The notes under the pieces: generated by a model | What the model saw: the letters and a program-made list of their open reading frames with translations, nothing else | What the model was told of the DNA's origin: nothing | The model's database searches: none | Position numbers and translations under genes: made by a program | Part shown: one piece after another, positions 1-13,300 of the stretch | Layout of the letters: each line of letters begins with the position of its first letter | How positions within the stretch are numbered: the first letter of the stretch is position 1 | Source of the DNA: Selaginella moellendorffii | Lineage: Eukaryota; Plantae; Lycopodiophyta | Direction: 5' to 3' | Assembly (NCBI RefSeq): GCF_000143415.4 | Contig: NW_003314341.1 | Coordinates: forward strand, 864,905 to 928,904 | DNA length: 64,000 bases

Positions 1-2355
1 TGAAGACCCAGCTGAGCATTTCCCATGCTGCACCTGGAGCTTTCTTTGGATTCGAAAGCTCCATAGCCGTCTTCAGTTCCTCAGGCACGGGTAAATTGAC
101 CTCCCTTAGATCAATTCGATCGGCCTTGTCGAACGAAGCTGGGAAGTCACTCCAGTCCCACTCTGCTGCAGGACCAATAACAAGGGCGAGTGTGAAGATG
201 CGGACATTCGTCGGTATCTTCTTCTTAGCTATTATCCCATGGATCTCCCGCATCTCCTTGCCTTTCAACCGAGCCTTCACCTCGTTCAAGGCCTTCCAGA
301 ACTTGTGATAGGATTCGGAGTCGTAGATCATATAGTGGACTGAAGATTCCACCTCCGCAAATCCCACCATTAAGTCAATGATGGAGCTGACTTCATCTGC
401 ATGAGTGATCTCCTCGTTTGTGAAGTCCATCACACAAAAGATGTTCTTGACCTGCTCATCTCCGCGGGAAACGATGCTCCTCCACCTTTGATCCTCATCC
501 GAATTCAAGTATACCCAGTAAGGTTCTCGATAGGCCTCTGTTGCGGGGTCGAGCTGTTTCTGAAGCCGGCGGTCGACATCACTCTTAATGAAATTTGGAT
601 ACTGATCCAACTTCTCAGCTTTACTTTTCGTGGCATCCCGCAGCAGATCGATGAACTTGGGGGCCCCCTTCACGTACTCGTCGATGTCTTCATTTGACAA
701 ATCCAGCGCTTCCATCATCTCTTGCGTGGTGTCGATGCTCACCCTCTCCACGGCCACTTGCTCGAAGATCCAATCCTTCAATAGCGCACGAGCTCTCAGA
801 GTCGTGCACAAGTCCTCGTATGTCACAATATGGCTGGGAGTCATTTTGGTCTTGTTGAAGACTACCTCACCACGTAGAAGAGCATTAGCCACTGTCAGAA
901 GGTCGTCGTCGTCTAGAGACCGCGAGAAACGCAAGGCGTTGAGCTTCAAATCATTGGGCTTCCGGCCGTCCTCCACACCCATTGAGTTTAGTAACTCCTC
1001 GTCATGGTACCTCCTCAGCACATCTACCCATTTGTCAAAAACAACTTTTGTCGCGAGTAGAATGTTATGGATGCTGAGTGTGTCATTGACCCCCAGTGTT
1101 TTCGAGAGAAGACTCGAGAATTCCTGCAATGGAAATGGCGTGAGCCCACATGCTATGCCACATGCAACGAGGCTTACCTGCCAGGCGCTAGTTGCTAGTG
1201 CACGTCCTTGTCCTGGTTTTTGTGGCTTCTTCAGTTGAACCCAGAGCTTCCGTGTTCGTGCCAATGTCTCGTGCAGACCCAATTTGTAGCACGTTTCTTG
1301 CTTGACATTCTGCGCATGGGAGATGTATATGATAGATCGGAGGGGCGAGTTGCCTTTTATCAGGCGGACAACTCTTGTCTTGAAGACTTTCTTCACCTCC
1401 TCGCCCACCATAATATCCACAACTATCTCTTGCATCGCCAAGCTAGAATGCTGCCCGGAGACGGCATAGAACCGGATGTTCTGATCGTCCAACACCTTCC
1501 TATTGATCAAGTCTGGAAACCTCGTCTCGCCCTTCATTGTTCGGTAGTAGGGGATCACGTCTGCGATGTCGGGTGTTACTAGACTTGCCAGCATCCTCTG
1601 CTTCAGTTTCTCCACCCACTCATCAGATACTAGCCTGTGGTTGTATTTGCTTTGGATGTCGATACGGCTCACGTCGATTGTATATACTTTGTTGGAATAG
1701 TAACAAGTACTATTATCTGCGACAATTTTTGCTGCCTCTTCTTGCTCTTTCTGCTCTTTGCAGCTCTTCTTTTTGGTGGGTGTAGTGTTCGAACCCGAGG
1801 CAATGGCATCACCGAGTAGCTTCTTTTTTGGAGGAAAGTCGGACTTCGGCTTGAGCTTGACCACCCTTTTCTGCTTCGGGGTAGTTTCCAGATCGACCCC
1901 CTTCCCCTTCGCTTCGCGAACTTGAGGCACTCTCAACGGCTCAATGTTGGAATATAGTTTTTGAACATCGCCGTAGGTGAGGTCCGTGGATTCTATGTGA
2001 TCTTCATAGACCCGCAGCGTCTTTGAAATTGTGGGCCTCCTGGACAACCTCTCCCTAGCTCCCTCTAGGAATTCCTCATAGCCGCTGCCCCCCTCCGGGA
2101 AGCCGCTAGGATGTGCAAGGTGGATCTTGAAGGCAGACGCTGTCTCTACCACAAGTGCCAGTCCATATTCTTGCATGGAACTGCATGGAGTGTCTGTCAC
2201 TTGGATGAGGATCCCCATGCATTCTTTTCTCCCACCATCTGTGTTGTACAGCCTCAGATCCTCGCCTTCCATCCCGAAAGTCCAACTGGTGAGCTCCTCC
2301 CCCTTCTCTGCATCCACATTGACAGTGGCTGGAAGAAGAACACAATTCCTCGCCT
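1..2355 (-). CDS. Transposon-associated gene with ParB/sulfiredoxin-like domain; intron-containing, runs off the window start
   Basis: Manual translation of the - strand gives an open frame from ~2353 to 1 (absent from the ORF track because it has no stop in the window): ...YTIDVSRIDIQSKYNHRLVSDEWVEKLKQRML...FYAVSGQHSSLAMQE...WDWSDFPASFDKADRID...WEMLSWVF. In-frame GT-AG intron at 1177-1124 (54 nt). The GQH motif resembles the ParB-family GxHR motif. Confidence 0.7.
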
Positions 2356-2658
2356 GTTCAAAAATGCACAACAATTAGAGCTGACAGATGAAAAGCTAGC
2401 AGCTGGAAATAACGTGAGGCCACACGCCATTCACCACTGCATCAGATGTCTTGAGGCTGCATCCTAAGATGGCATGAGGCTACACGCCATCTATAACCAG
2501 ACTGCACTCGAGAGCCCAATCGGTGCATGCCAATGTTGCTACTGAATGGCATGTGGCCTCATGCCATTTTCTACTTGGCCTAAAAGACTTACCATTTGAA
2601 GCCGAATGGAGGCATGACAATCGAGGCCGGACTCGCTGGCGAATGTGCACTGTGTGTG

Positions 2659-2697
2659 CAGCGGATCGTAGCAGCAAGGCTACTCTGCCACTTACAG
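2659..2697 (-). other. 39-bp exact fragment of the 25S rRNA 3' end
   Basis: Reverse complement CTGTAAGTGGCAGAGTAGCCTTGCTGCTACGATCCGCTG is identical to 56960-56998. Confidence 0.9.
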
Positions 2698-3856
2698 TTG
2701 GAGAGTAGCGCTGAAATCTCCCGGGACGCCAAGTGGGCTGTGTGTGGGTGGCGGAGTGGGCGGCGGAGTTGGCGGCGAAGTTACAAACTGGGTGTGTCTT
2801 GAAGTGGACGCCGATGCACACGAGCACGATGCGAGCGCGAGTGTGATGCAAGCGCGAGTGGACGCCGATGCACATGAGAAACCTGTAGAAAAGGTAGATG
2901 AGCGCGAATGTGAGCGTGATCGCGAGTGGGAGCGCGATGCGAGCGCGAGTACGAAGCAAAATGCAAAACCTAACCTCACACGCGCGAAATGTCACGACGG
3001 TTGGTAATCCCGCCACGTCATCATTCCTCGGACTTGGGCGCCACCATTAATTTTTGGATCGCCACGCGCATGCATGCACGTGAAATCCAAAAGAAATCTG
3101 CAACGTCATCATTCCTTGGACTGCATGCACGCGAAATCCAAAAGAAAGATCATGATTGGGATATCATTTAATACCCTCGCTATATTTATACCATGCATGA
3201 TTGGATATTCCAAAGCATCTTGTATTTCCAAAAATGCCAGATGTTCAGCTAAATAAATTGTCAGAGGATTTGATGTGACGTTCAAGCGTGTGGGCTCATG
3301 CAATTTTGATCCCAAAAAATGCACCAAAAAATGCTCAGCGTCATCTGGCGTTATCTCTTGAATGGCGTGGGGCCGCATGCCATTTTCAGGGGCACATAGG
3401 AGTATATTCCTAGAATATTCTAACACGAGCGAGATTGTTTTGAGTTTTCTGGAGATCCAACCGTTAGATCGCAACTAGATTTTACAGAATGGTATACAAT
3501 GTCTTTCTTGATGACCCTGCAAAGAAGCATCTCAATCGGACACCACATGAGACCACACGAGCCTTACAATGTTTCAGGGGCATTTGCCATAGATCCGACC
3601 GTTATTTTGCTCCAAGATTTTACAGTTTGGTGTGCATTGACCTTTCCATCGACACTGCAAAGGGACATCACAATCAGATGCGGGATCACAAGAAACCAAC
3701 TTCACTAACTCTGGTTTCACCAAGATCTACGTAAGGAGTTATGAAATGAAAGGACCCTCTCTATTGAAATGTGTTTATGGTCCTAGGGGCATTGTGACAT
3801 ATCAAAGGATTTTGCATCAAGTTTTGTATTTGCATGTTTATCAAGCTACTGAATTG

Positions 3857-3883
3857 CTAAACCCTAAACCCTAAACCCTAAAC
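3857..3883. repeat. Short interstitial telomeric/telo-box run (CCCTAAA)3
   Basis: ctaaaccctaaaccctaaaccctaaac. Confidence 0.8.
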
Positions 3884-5169
3884 ATGTGGCAAATGCTGCG
3901 TGAAGAAAGATGCCTTTTCTGGGCAAATGCTGTAAGAGGCAGATGCCGAGTAGATGTATCTCAGGCTAGCGAAGGGGACAAACAAAAGCTAGCTATAAAC
4001 ATGACGGGATGCAAATAGATTACTAGGCTGGTCCTGCGAAAATCAAAAACCATAATTGAAAACATTGAAAATGCAAAAAGAAAGGTTTATAATATTTTTG
4101 AATTTTAAGCAACCAAAGGGAATGTAAATAGGGCATGTGTTTGTAAGTTTAAAAATGCCTCAACCACTTAAATTCCCAAGTAAATAAAGCTGTTTCTATT
4201 TTTGGTACAGGTAAACTTTATAGCGTGTGGGCTCATGCAATTTTGAACCAAAAAATGCACCAAAAAATGCTCGACTAGCATTATTCTTTGAATGGCGTGT
4301 GGCCTTATATTGCCATAAATGGACGTACACACACAGCATAATTATTCCTTTACACGGCGAATAATCTTGGCGCGGATCGCTGACACGGCATGGCAAAGTT
4401 CGAATCACTGACATGGCACAGCTGGATCGAGGCAAGGACATGATGTGACAAAGTTCAACCTCCGACAGCAAAGTCTAGAAGCTACTTAGTTTGAAATTTG
4501 TCAGAGGAATCATAAGATCTGGTTTGTCAGAGGATTTGATGTGACGTTCAAGCGTGTGTTATTTTTGAATTCTCGAACTCATTCCTAGGTCTATCATTTT
4601 TGTGCGCCGTGTTCTTGGTTCTGCTGAGCGCAATGAGCGCTGCTTGTGTAAGCAGCGTTGTGAGCTGTGGTTTATGTGTCTATAAGCGGTTGCGGCATTG
4701 CGAGCGCCATTGCGAGCGGCAGTTTATGCGAGTGGCAGTTTGTGCGAGCGGCGCTACGAGCAGTTGCGGTGTTGCGAGCGGCGCTACGAGTAGTTGCGGT
4801 GTTGCGAGCGGCACTGTCTTTGGTGTGGCTACCGCTTCCTCTTGATATTCGGCACTTGTGCTTCCTGGTATGTTCACCATGGAATGGCTTAGGACCACAT
4901 TTAGAAATGGCATGAGGCCACATGCCATCTTGGGCCCTTGCAATTTCATGGCTAGCGTATTGTCATGTATGTTTTTACTTGCCTGCAGCTGTGTGTATAT
5001 CAAGATGTCATGAGGCCTCATGCCAATTTTGTGAATGCGAAATTTCACGTAGGTGTCAATAGCATGTTTGAATAATGGCATGTGGCCTCATTCTATTTGG
5101 TATGTTATGATTTAGGCCATTCTCCAATCATTTTTTGTATGGTCTTAACTTCTTTTCTGCACTTTCAGA

Positions 5170-8100
5170 ATGGCCTTCAGGGTTGGGGAAAAGGTTTACA
5201 TTTTGAATGGTGGGAAGAGAGTTGCAAAAGGGACCCTTGTGTCTATGGATCGGAACTTTGTTATACACTGTCAAAGGCTTGGGGAAGGCAATGCTGCTGT
5301 ATCAATAGAGACTGTCTTCGATGGGAATGTGGTCGCTATTGAACAAGGAGAGATGGTCGTCGGGGTAAATGTTGTTGTTGCCTTGAAAAATCTGCAGAAG
5401 AAAGCAGATGTTGGGGACAGCGCAAGTGCGACGCATGTTCCCTCCGTGGATCTTAAGAACCGTGCTACATGGATTCAGGCAAAGGTGTTTCTAAACAACC
5501 CCGAGGGGGAGGTGGTAGCTGAGGGCTTAGCCACAGTTGTCGATCCAAGAGATGTGGTTGCTAATCAAGAATTGGGTTGGGATGATATTGGAGTTGCGAT
5601 TTTAGAGGTTGTTGACACAGAAGAAAATAGTCTGACTATTGGAAGTATTGTGCGGTGGAAATTGAGGCATTTAGTGTTTGACAATGTGAAGGATTCACAA
5701 TCAAACACCACTACAATTGATGACAGAACATCTCTTCATGGGAAAAGAAAGTACACCTTCCTAAAGCGCAGCCAAAGGGATCTGAGCAACGAACCGAAAA
5801 GGCAGAAAATGGCGATGGAGGTTCGAATGGTCTCGACAGTTGCTTGTTGCAAAAGGAGGTGCTGTCAACATGCTGATTGGGATGCTATTGAAGAGGAAAG
5901 AGCAAGATACAAGACATTGTCCTGGAAGGCAGCTCGCAATTTTGTGTATGAGGCATTACGGTCATCTGTTGATGCTTCAGAACATCAGGTGGAGGGCATG
6001 GTCTTCCAGAGGGGTTTGGTCTGCATAAAGGCATGGAGAATCATTTATGAAGTCCCTCGAAGCACATTCTACAGAATCAAAACTGAGTTCGAGGAACAAA
6101 AGGTTCAACAGGCAGTCCATGGGAACGACGGTACGCACAAAACCAGGGGTCATGTTGTATATGGAGAGGCAATCTTCAAAAGGTTTGTCGAGACATGTAG
6201 CGAGCAGCAACCACATAAAACCCGCCTCTTGGAAGATGGAACACAAGACACCCAACGAGTTCTCCCTTCCATGTATACCAAGGGGGCCATATTGGAATAT
6301 GTGAATCGGGAACTCCAGAGTAATGGCTACAGGAAGTTGAGCCAATCTAGATTTAGTAGATTGTGGAGCAACAGGTTCAGGGATGTGAGTATAGGAAAGT
6401 ACTCCAACTTTTCAAAGTGTGACGAGTGCACTGCTATCAAAATGGCTTTGTCGAAGAATTCTTGCAGCGCTCAAGAGCGAGAGATGTTGGTTAGAAGGCG
6501 GCTCGACCACAACATTGAGCAGAGAAGCTGCAGGACTGCATATTATCATAACAGGATTCTCTCCATGGAGAGACCTGACTCTTACCTCTGCATCATCCAT
6601 GACAAAATAGACCAGAAAAAGACGTGTTTACCTCGACTCAATCCTGCCCCCAAGGCAATCTCTTCATCCATGCAGCTGCCTGTGTCTCTGTTTGGCATAA
6701 TCGCTCATGGGCATGGTGCCCAGAACTATGGGAACTTCTTTGTACCTCTATGGGGTGGCGGGGGTGCAAACATGATGATTGCGTCCCTAGCAAAACACTT
6801 AAGGTCTCTACAAAGTGCGCAGACTGAGCTGAACGGCCAACCCTTGCATAAGGCCCTTGTCGATCGAACCCCATACAAGGTTCAGCTGGAGGAGGAGCAA
6901 AGGCTTGCAGTATCGCGTGGGGCCTCATGCCATCCCAGTGAATATGTTGGCCGTCAGATTGTAGGGTTATCACGTGAGGCCTCATGCCATTCCGACGAGG
7001 CTGGTCACCCAGTGAATGCACAGTCTCATCCAAATGAAGCAGAATCTCAAGGAAGTTCTTGCGGCTGATGTGGCCTTCCACCCCATTTTCTGCTCCAAAC
7101 AGACAATGCTGGCAGTGAGAACAAAAACATGTACGTCTTCACGTACTTGGCGATGCTTGTTGCCAAAGGCATATTTGAAACGGTTACACTTGGCTTTCTC
7201 ATGGTTGGGCACACTCATGAAGACGTCGATGCCATGTTCAGTCACCTGGCAAAGTCCCTCCGGCGATCCAATGTCCTCACCCTCCCACAACTCTACGATG
7301 AATTCCAAAATTGCATCAAAGGCACTGTTGAAGCTGCACTTGTGACAGAGGTTCCAGACTTTAAGGGGTTTGTAAGAGGCTACATCAGGGACGGATCCCA
7401 AATGCTGATTGGCCACTCCAAGCCTCTTCAGTTTCATTTCAGCATGCGTGACGGTGCTCTAGTGATGAGGTACAAGATGAGAGAATGGGACACACTGTGG
7501 CTGCCAGTGGACGGCATTGAACTCTTCAAGAGAGATCCCATAACTGGGGAACCTATGATTCCTCAGGGTTCCCCACGGCCGATGCACCCGGATGGACTCA
7601 AAGACCAGGAAAGTATAGTGGCCGGGATTAGACAGCATATTGCCTTCTGGAAGAGGGGGTTGGTGTTTGGTGGAGAATCCTATTTTAAGAGGTGCAAGCC
7701 TTTGCTCGAATACTGGGAGAATATTATATCTGCTATCCAAAATGGGCCGGTTGTATATGAAGAATTGGAAGAGTCCTTTTGGCCAGAACCCAGAGCACCA
7801 GATAGTAGCGGAACAATGTCCTCTGGAAATGCAGTGACAGATAACGATGTTGAGGATCACTATTGTGGGCCAAGGAACAAGAAGCCGGATTCAGCATTCA
7901 ATCCAGTACAGGTCTGCAAAGGAATGGTCGTGCTTGTCAGACCCAGTAATAAAAAACAAATGATATGGGTGGGGCGCTGCATCACTGATGTAGAGGAGGA
8001 TGCGGAAACTAACTCCTTCAATGTAACTGTGGAGTGGTTCAAGGCAAGTTCCGGATATACGAAGGATTGCCTAGAAAAGAGATGGGTGCTGAATCCAAGG

Positions 8101-8311
8101 GATCCCAGCATGAGCATATCGGTGGATAATGTTGTGCATGGTTGGATGCGGAAGCAGAGTGCCACCATCACCTTGCCAGACCATGCAAGAGATGCAGCAA
8201 GAGCATTCATAACCCGGGTTCAAGGTGAGATTCATTAATATTCCTTTACTAAGTTTCTAATGTATTTTATTTCAAGGTGAACAATCCGAATCTGAATTAG
8301 AGGAGGCGTGA
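5170..8311 (+). CDS. DDE-type transposase (DUF7869/Sola-like), interrupted by one in-frame TGA at 7066-7068
   Basis: ORFs 5170-7068 and 7129-8238 are in the same frame. Read-through gives LCIIHDKIDQKK...LLQTDNAGSENKN...FLMVGHTHEDVDAMFS, with Cys motifs CCKRRC and FSKCDEC. Probable last intron 8225-8276 and terminal exon GEQSESELEEA*. Confidence 0.75.
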
Positions 8312-9032
8312 TGGCATGGCGTGATGGCGTGAGGCGTGACACCAAAAAGGAGGTGTCCACTAGCACTTAGGCTTATAATGGCGTGTGCCCTCATGCCATT
8401 TACTTGATCACCAAATACCTTTTTCCCTTTGCACTAGTATATCTTAATACCGGTCTGAGAAATAGAATGGCATGTGCCCTCAGGCCTTTTACTAAATCAC
8501 CTTTGAAAGAAATGCAAGCCTCTATGTCGTAAAAAAAAAGGTACTAGAGAAATTCCTTAATAATATGAATGTTATTTAGTTTCATGAAAATACACTAAGG
8601 GTCAAATGAGTTAAATGACTTCTCCAGACTAGCAATGCCTCTTGCTACACCTTCACAATTAGATTCGTTAGAAAAAGATAACATTGAATAATATCTAAAT
8701 GTTCTCACCATTAAGTTATATGTCTGGCTAATAGGAATGACGTTCATCTTGGAAAGCTCACCACACGCTCAATGAACAAACAAATAGTGTGTGCGCGCAT
8801 GCCATCGCTCTTCTTTAGCTTCAGATTCGGCTTGTTCACCTTGACAATGAGATTTATTATACAACCAGATGGACTCAGTCTGGACACAAAGTCACCGCGC
8901 TAGTCACCATGCCCCAGATATGTCTAGCCCCTGGACAAAAAACATATAATTTCACGTCATTTTCAAATACTTGAAAATTTGTACCTAGTCCCATTTTACT
9001 GAATAAATCCCACTTTAACGAAATAGAGCTTA

Positions 9033-9831
9033 GAACGACAAGCAAGGTAACTTGGTGAAGTGTTCAAGAGCCGGCTTTAGTTCCCCCGGGAGATCAACTG
9101 GCCAATGCTCCCAGTCCAAGTGTGGGTGGCACTACCTACTTGGATACCAGACGTGGCTCAAGGGAACCTCGCTCTAAGGCCATGTCTAGAGCACCCAAAG
9201 GCGGAAGGTGGGGAGAGTACCTATGAGGCTTGTGTAAGGCCACGGTGTTCCGAAGTAAAGACCCAGACTATGGAAAGGAAGAGGAGTAGTCCTCTGGTGT
9301 AATGACCAAGGATACAGTCATGTGGTGAGGAAGTCCCAGAGGACCATGGGACTTAGTGGTCAGGCCTATGGGCCTTGATCCAGTGGCAATGTTAGCAAAC
9401 ACGGCCAAGGACAGAAAGGGACTTGGTGGGGATCAAAAAGGAGATATTGGGGAAGGCTATTCACCATGTTTGCGGGCATCCTAAGGATGTTAAGGAGTGG
9501 ATCTGGGATGACCACTCATGGACGAATGGCCCAGTCTTAGAGAGACGGGATTGCAATGCAGGTGGTGTTGGACCACCGATGTGACCAAGGTGATTGGGCA
9601 TAGCCTAGCATAACGGGCTGGTATGTTGGTGGTGCCTTGGGGTGTCAGTCATGGGATCGGACACGTGGAGCACTTGGACCAAGTGCAAAGGTTGAGTGGC
9701 GGGGATGCCATTCTCAGGGCTAGCAAACCCAAGTCCAAATAGGACTTATGGAGGTTGTGAGTGAGACTCCTCGAAGTGGTCGGAGGTGTGGTTAAATGAC
9801 TAAAGTAGAATGGAAAAATTAGTCGCTTACA
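9033..9831 (+). mobile_element. 5'-truncated LTR, family A
   Basis: Reverse-complement similarity to 22747-23555. Ends ...AGTCGCTTACA followed by a degenerate PBS (TTAGCATCAA). Confidence 0.8.
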
Positions 9832-10329
9832 TTAGCATCAAACACATTAGTGTTCCTTGGCTAGCTTTGCCATTTGGATTCCTTCCATTAAATTCCATGG
9901 CCCAAACTTGGCCACTAGTCCTTTGCTCCTACCCTTGTTTGTTGCACCTAGCAACATAGGATCGCTACCTCCATTTTCGAGGTATCCTTTCGGTTCTATA
10001 TCAAAGACTCTCCTTTGCCAAGTCCGGAGGGTGTTCACCCCTAATACATCTCTTTATCATCTTTTGCTATGGGCTCTATCCATAGCCTAACTTTGTGACC
10101 CTCCTCTGGGTCTCTTATAAAAACTACTTTCCTCGGATTCATTATGACATATCTCATTTCCCTAAGGTGTACTTCTCACTTGGTCACCTTGACCAAGCCA
10201 CACCATCATTAATAGTTCCAATCAACACTTTGAACTTTGGAACTTTATCCCAAGGACCTTGTCTTCGTTTTGGCCATAAGATCACTTAGTGATCTAATCT
10301 TGGCACCTTAACAGGTTTGCCAATAGATA

Positions 10330-13300
10330 CTAGGTCTTTCAGACCTTTAAATTGTTCATTAAGACCCCGGGGCCATCCCCCACACTTGGCGGTGCACCCA
10401 AGCCAGCCCTTCCGGCCAAGGGTCCATAGCAACCGAGACTGGGTGTCCCCATCTAATTCACGACGTCTTTGGTGCCTTTCGCACCAAAGTGTTCAAGTTA
10501 GATATGCTGAGCCACACTAAGCAATCTAACCATGCATCACGACTGCGAGGCATCCCTCGCTTGGCGGTGTGCCCAAACCAGTCTCCTCACTGAGAGTCCA
10601 TGACCACCGAAATATGAGTGTCCTCATATTCCAAACCATCACCACACCCTAGTGATTTGGGACTCGAACCCAAGCACTAGAGGGTCGAGACTCAAACCCA
10701 ACCTCTATATATGCATCTACGGACGGTATCACACAGGATGCCTAGCGTGACTCCCCACGCCAGTGCACTAACTTATACTTAAAACGCACTATAGATCACA
10801 GCTTAGGAATGTAGTTCCTTCGCATTGCCAAATCCTCTCACTTGACCTGTCTGTGATCATGCATGGACTCCTCCATGCTTGGCCTCCTGGGCCACCCCTT
10901 TGAAGTTGGCTCCTTAAATTAGGGTATTCGTTCCCCTCCACTTGCCAATCTCACTTAGCAAGTCATTCAGCCACCATAACATGGTTCATGCATAAGCGTG
11001 AAAGCCCTTAACCATCGACTTTCGTTCAAAGCTCTCTCTTTGAACACTCGGAAACTATTTCCCCAATCTTGATAGCCTTGCCTCATGGCAAGCTTCAAGA
11101 CCACGCTTCTGCTGCGCCACTCTAATTTCGCGTGTTCTATAAAGCATTTACAATTGGCTAACTAGGTACTTATCTACCTAGGGGAACGTTCAAGGAACTC
11201 TGTTCCTTAGCTTGCTAAGGTCTCTCCTTTCACAAGATTTCCAATTACCATATAGTCTAACATAGGCAATCTCATGCTTTAGACTCTCCATGGCATCCCG
11301 GTCGCTAGTAACAACATGCTTGAGCACTAACTTGATTCTCCACTCCCAACTAGCATAACCACCCTTGGTCATGCCTGTCAATTCCTATGGTTCGGTTTTA
11401 TCCCTACATTACTTGCCTTTTGGCATTATACATTTCCTTTGGTTATTCTCTTCCAGACTAGAAAGATAGCTTTGCACTTTCTACCATGCCTTGGCAAGTA
11501 TTCATAGGGATGAATCTACCCGACAGGCTAGTGTAAGTGACTAAATTTTCTATTCTACTATCGTCACTTAACCACACCTCTGACCCCTTGGAGGAGTCTC
11601 ATTCACAACCTCCTTAAGTCCAATCCAGGACTTGGGACTTGCTAGTCCTGAGAATGGCATCCATGCCACTCCTCCCTTGCACTTGGTCCAAGTGCTCCAC
11701 GTGTCCAGTCCCAAGACCGACACCCAAAGGTACCACTGACATATTGGCCCGTTACACTAAGGCCATGCCCATTCACCTTTGCCGGACTAGTGGTCCAATA
11801 CCACTTGCATCACAATCCTGTCTCTCCAAGACTAGGTTGTCCGTCCATGAGCGGTCATCCCAGATCCACTCCTTAGCATCCTTAGGATGCCTATAGACAT
11901 AAGGAATAGCTTTCCCCAACATCCCTTTGTCAATTCCTGCCAAGTCCCTTTTCCGTCCATGGCCATGTTCACCAACACTGCCACTAGATCAAGGCCCGCA
12001 GGCCCAGCCACTAAGTCCCATTGTCCTCTAGGACTTCATCACCATGTGACCATATCCATAGTCACTACACTAGAGGACTACTCCTCCTCCTTTCCCCCAT
12101 TTGGGACTTCGGGACAACATTTCAGCAAACGCTTTGGGCTTTCACCCTCTCAGACTTGAACTCGGACTCAGACTCGGACTTAGCCTCGGCCTCGGTCTCG
12201 GTCCTGATCTCGGTCTCGGTCTCGGTCTCACTCTCGGTCTCGGTCTCGGTCTCGATCTCGGTCTCGGTCCCGGTCTCGGTCTCGGTCCCGGTCTCGGTCT
12301 CGACCTCGGACTCCATCTTGGTCCATCTCGGACTCCATCTCGGACTCCATTTCAGGTCCATCTCGGACTCCATCTCGGATCCATCTTGAACTCCATCTCG
12401 GGTCCATCTCGGACTCCATCTCAGTCCATCTCGGACTCCATCTCGGACTCCACTTCGGACTTCAACTCGGGTCCATCTCGGACTCCATCTCGGACTCCAC
12501 CTCGGACTCCAACTCGGGTCCATCTCAGACTCCATCTCGGACACTTTCATGTATCATGTGTTAGTCCTTTTGGGTCCCTTTTTGGAGCCTCATTTATTGC
12601 TTGCTTCATGCTTGTTCCTTGAGCACTCTGTTGGGAGTTCCACTGCCGCTCTCAACCTTTCAAGTCGGAGCCTTTTAGTCCAAACATATTACGTTCGTTT
12701 GGCTTTTTCTTTGGCCACTACCACGTGGCACCCTTTCGGCTCCACTTTGGGGCTTTGGGATTTGTGTCTCACAGCTAGGGAGTGCTTACTCAATCCGGGT
12801 TTGCTCACCTTGTAATCCCACACTCTGGGATCACCGTTGCTACTTATGGGCCGTTATATGCCCATCACTAGCCTTGCCAAAATCCCTTTTTAGCTTTGTC
12901 CAATTTGGGTAGACGGACTTCTCCCGTCTCCACAACCTTGGACATTTGGATAGCACATCCTATCCTTTATTCACTAGGGACTTTGTCCCTAAGGCAATAT
13001 CTATTGCCCTCATGACACCAAATACCCCCTTTTGGTGTTCTGGAGTGTTTAGGTGTCCCAATAATGACCTCTCTGACAATGAGCATTCCCTTTTCGACAT
13101 TGACTTACTATGTCGCAACATAAGCAATTTATCCCCCATAAGGGTATATCGAACTTCCTTATCCCAATAAGAAGTCTTAGGTAGTTCCCTTCTACCAGTT
13201 TACGAATTATTTTGCACCTTTTGCTTAGTTGCCTCCTAGTTGTCAAGTCCTACAACTCATTGTTGGTGCTTCCACACCTCCATCATTATTTGGGTCACCA

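Larger units (their letters stand above)
1135..8488. repeat. Dispersed 22-bp palindrome, consensus ATGGC(A/G)TG(A/T)GGCC(A/T)CA(C/T)GCCAT, ~13 copies
   Basis: Copies start at 1135, 2409, 2469, 2546, 3362, 4292 (degenerate), 4907, 5005, 5075, 6912, 6969, 8378 and 8467. Confidence 0.85.
1..8900. mobile_element. Two-gene cut-and-paste DNA transposon (Sola-like/DUF7869-type transposase); ends not resolved
   Basis: Divergent ParB-like gene and DDE transposase share one family of 22-bp palindromes spread over 1135-8488. No TIR or TSD identified. Confidence 0.6.

Noticed and set aside
96-2467. + strand ORFs at the window start
   Set aside because: Antisense shadows of the long - strand ParB-like frame.
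12021-12622. Ser/Asp-, Leu/Gly- and Glu/Thr-rich ORFs (also 23523-24377 and 46810-47149)
   Set aside because: Translations of hexamer arrays inside LTRs, open in several frames on both strands.
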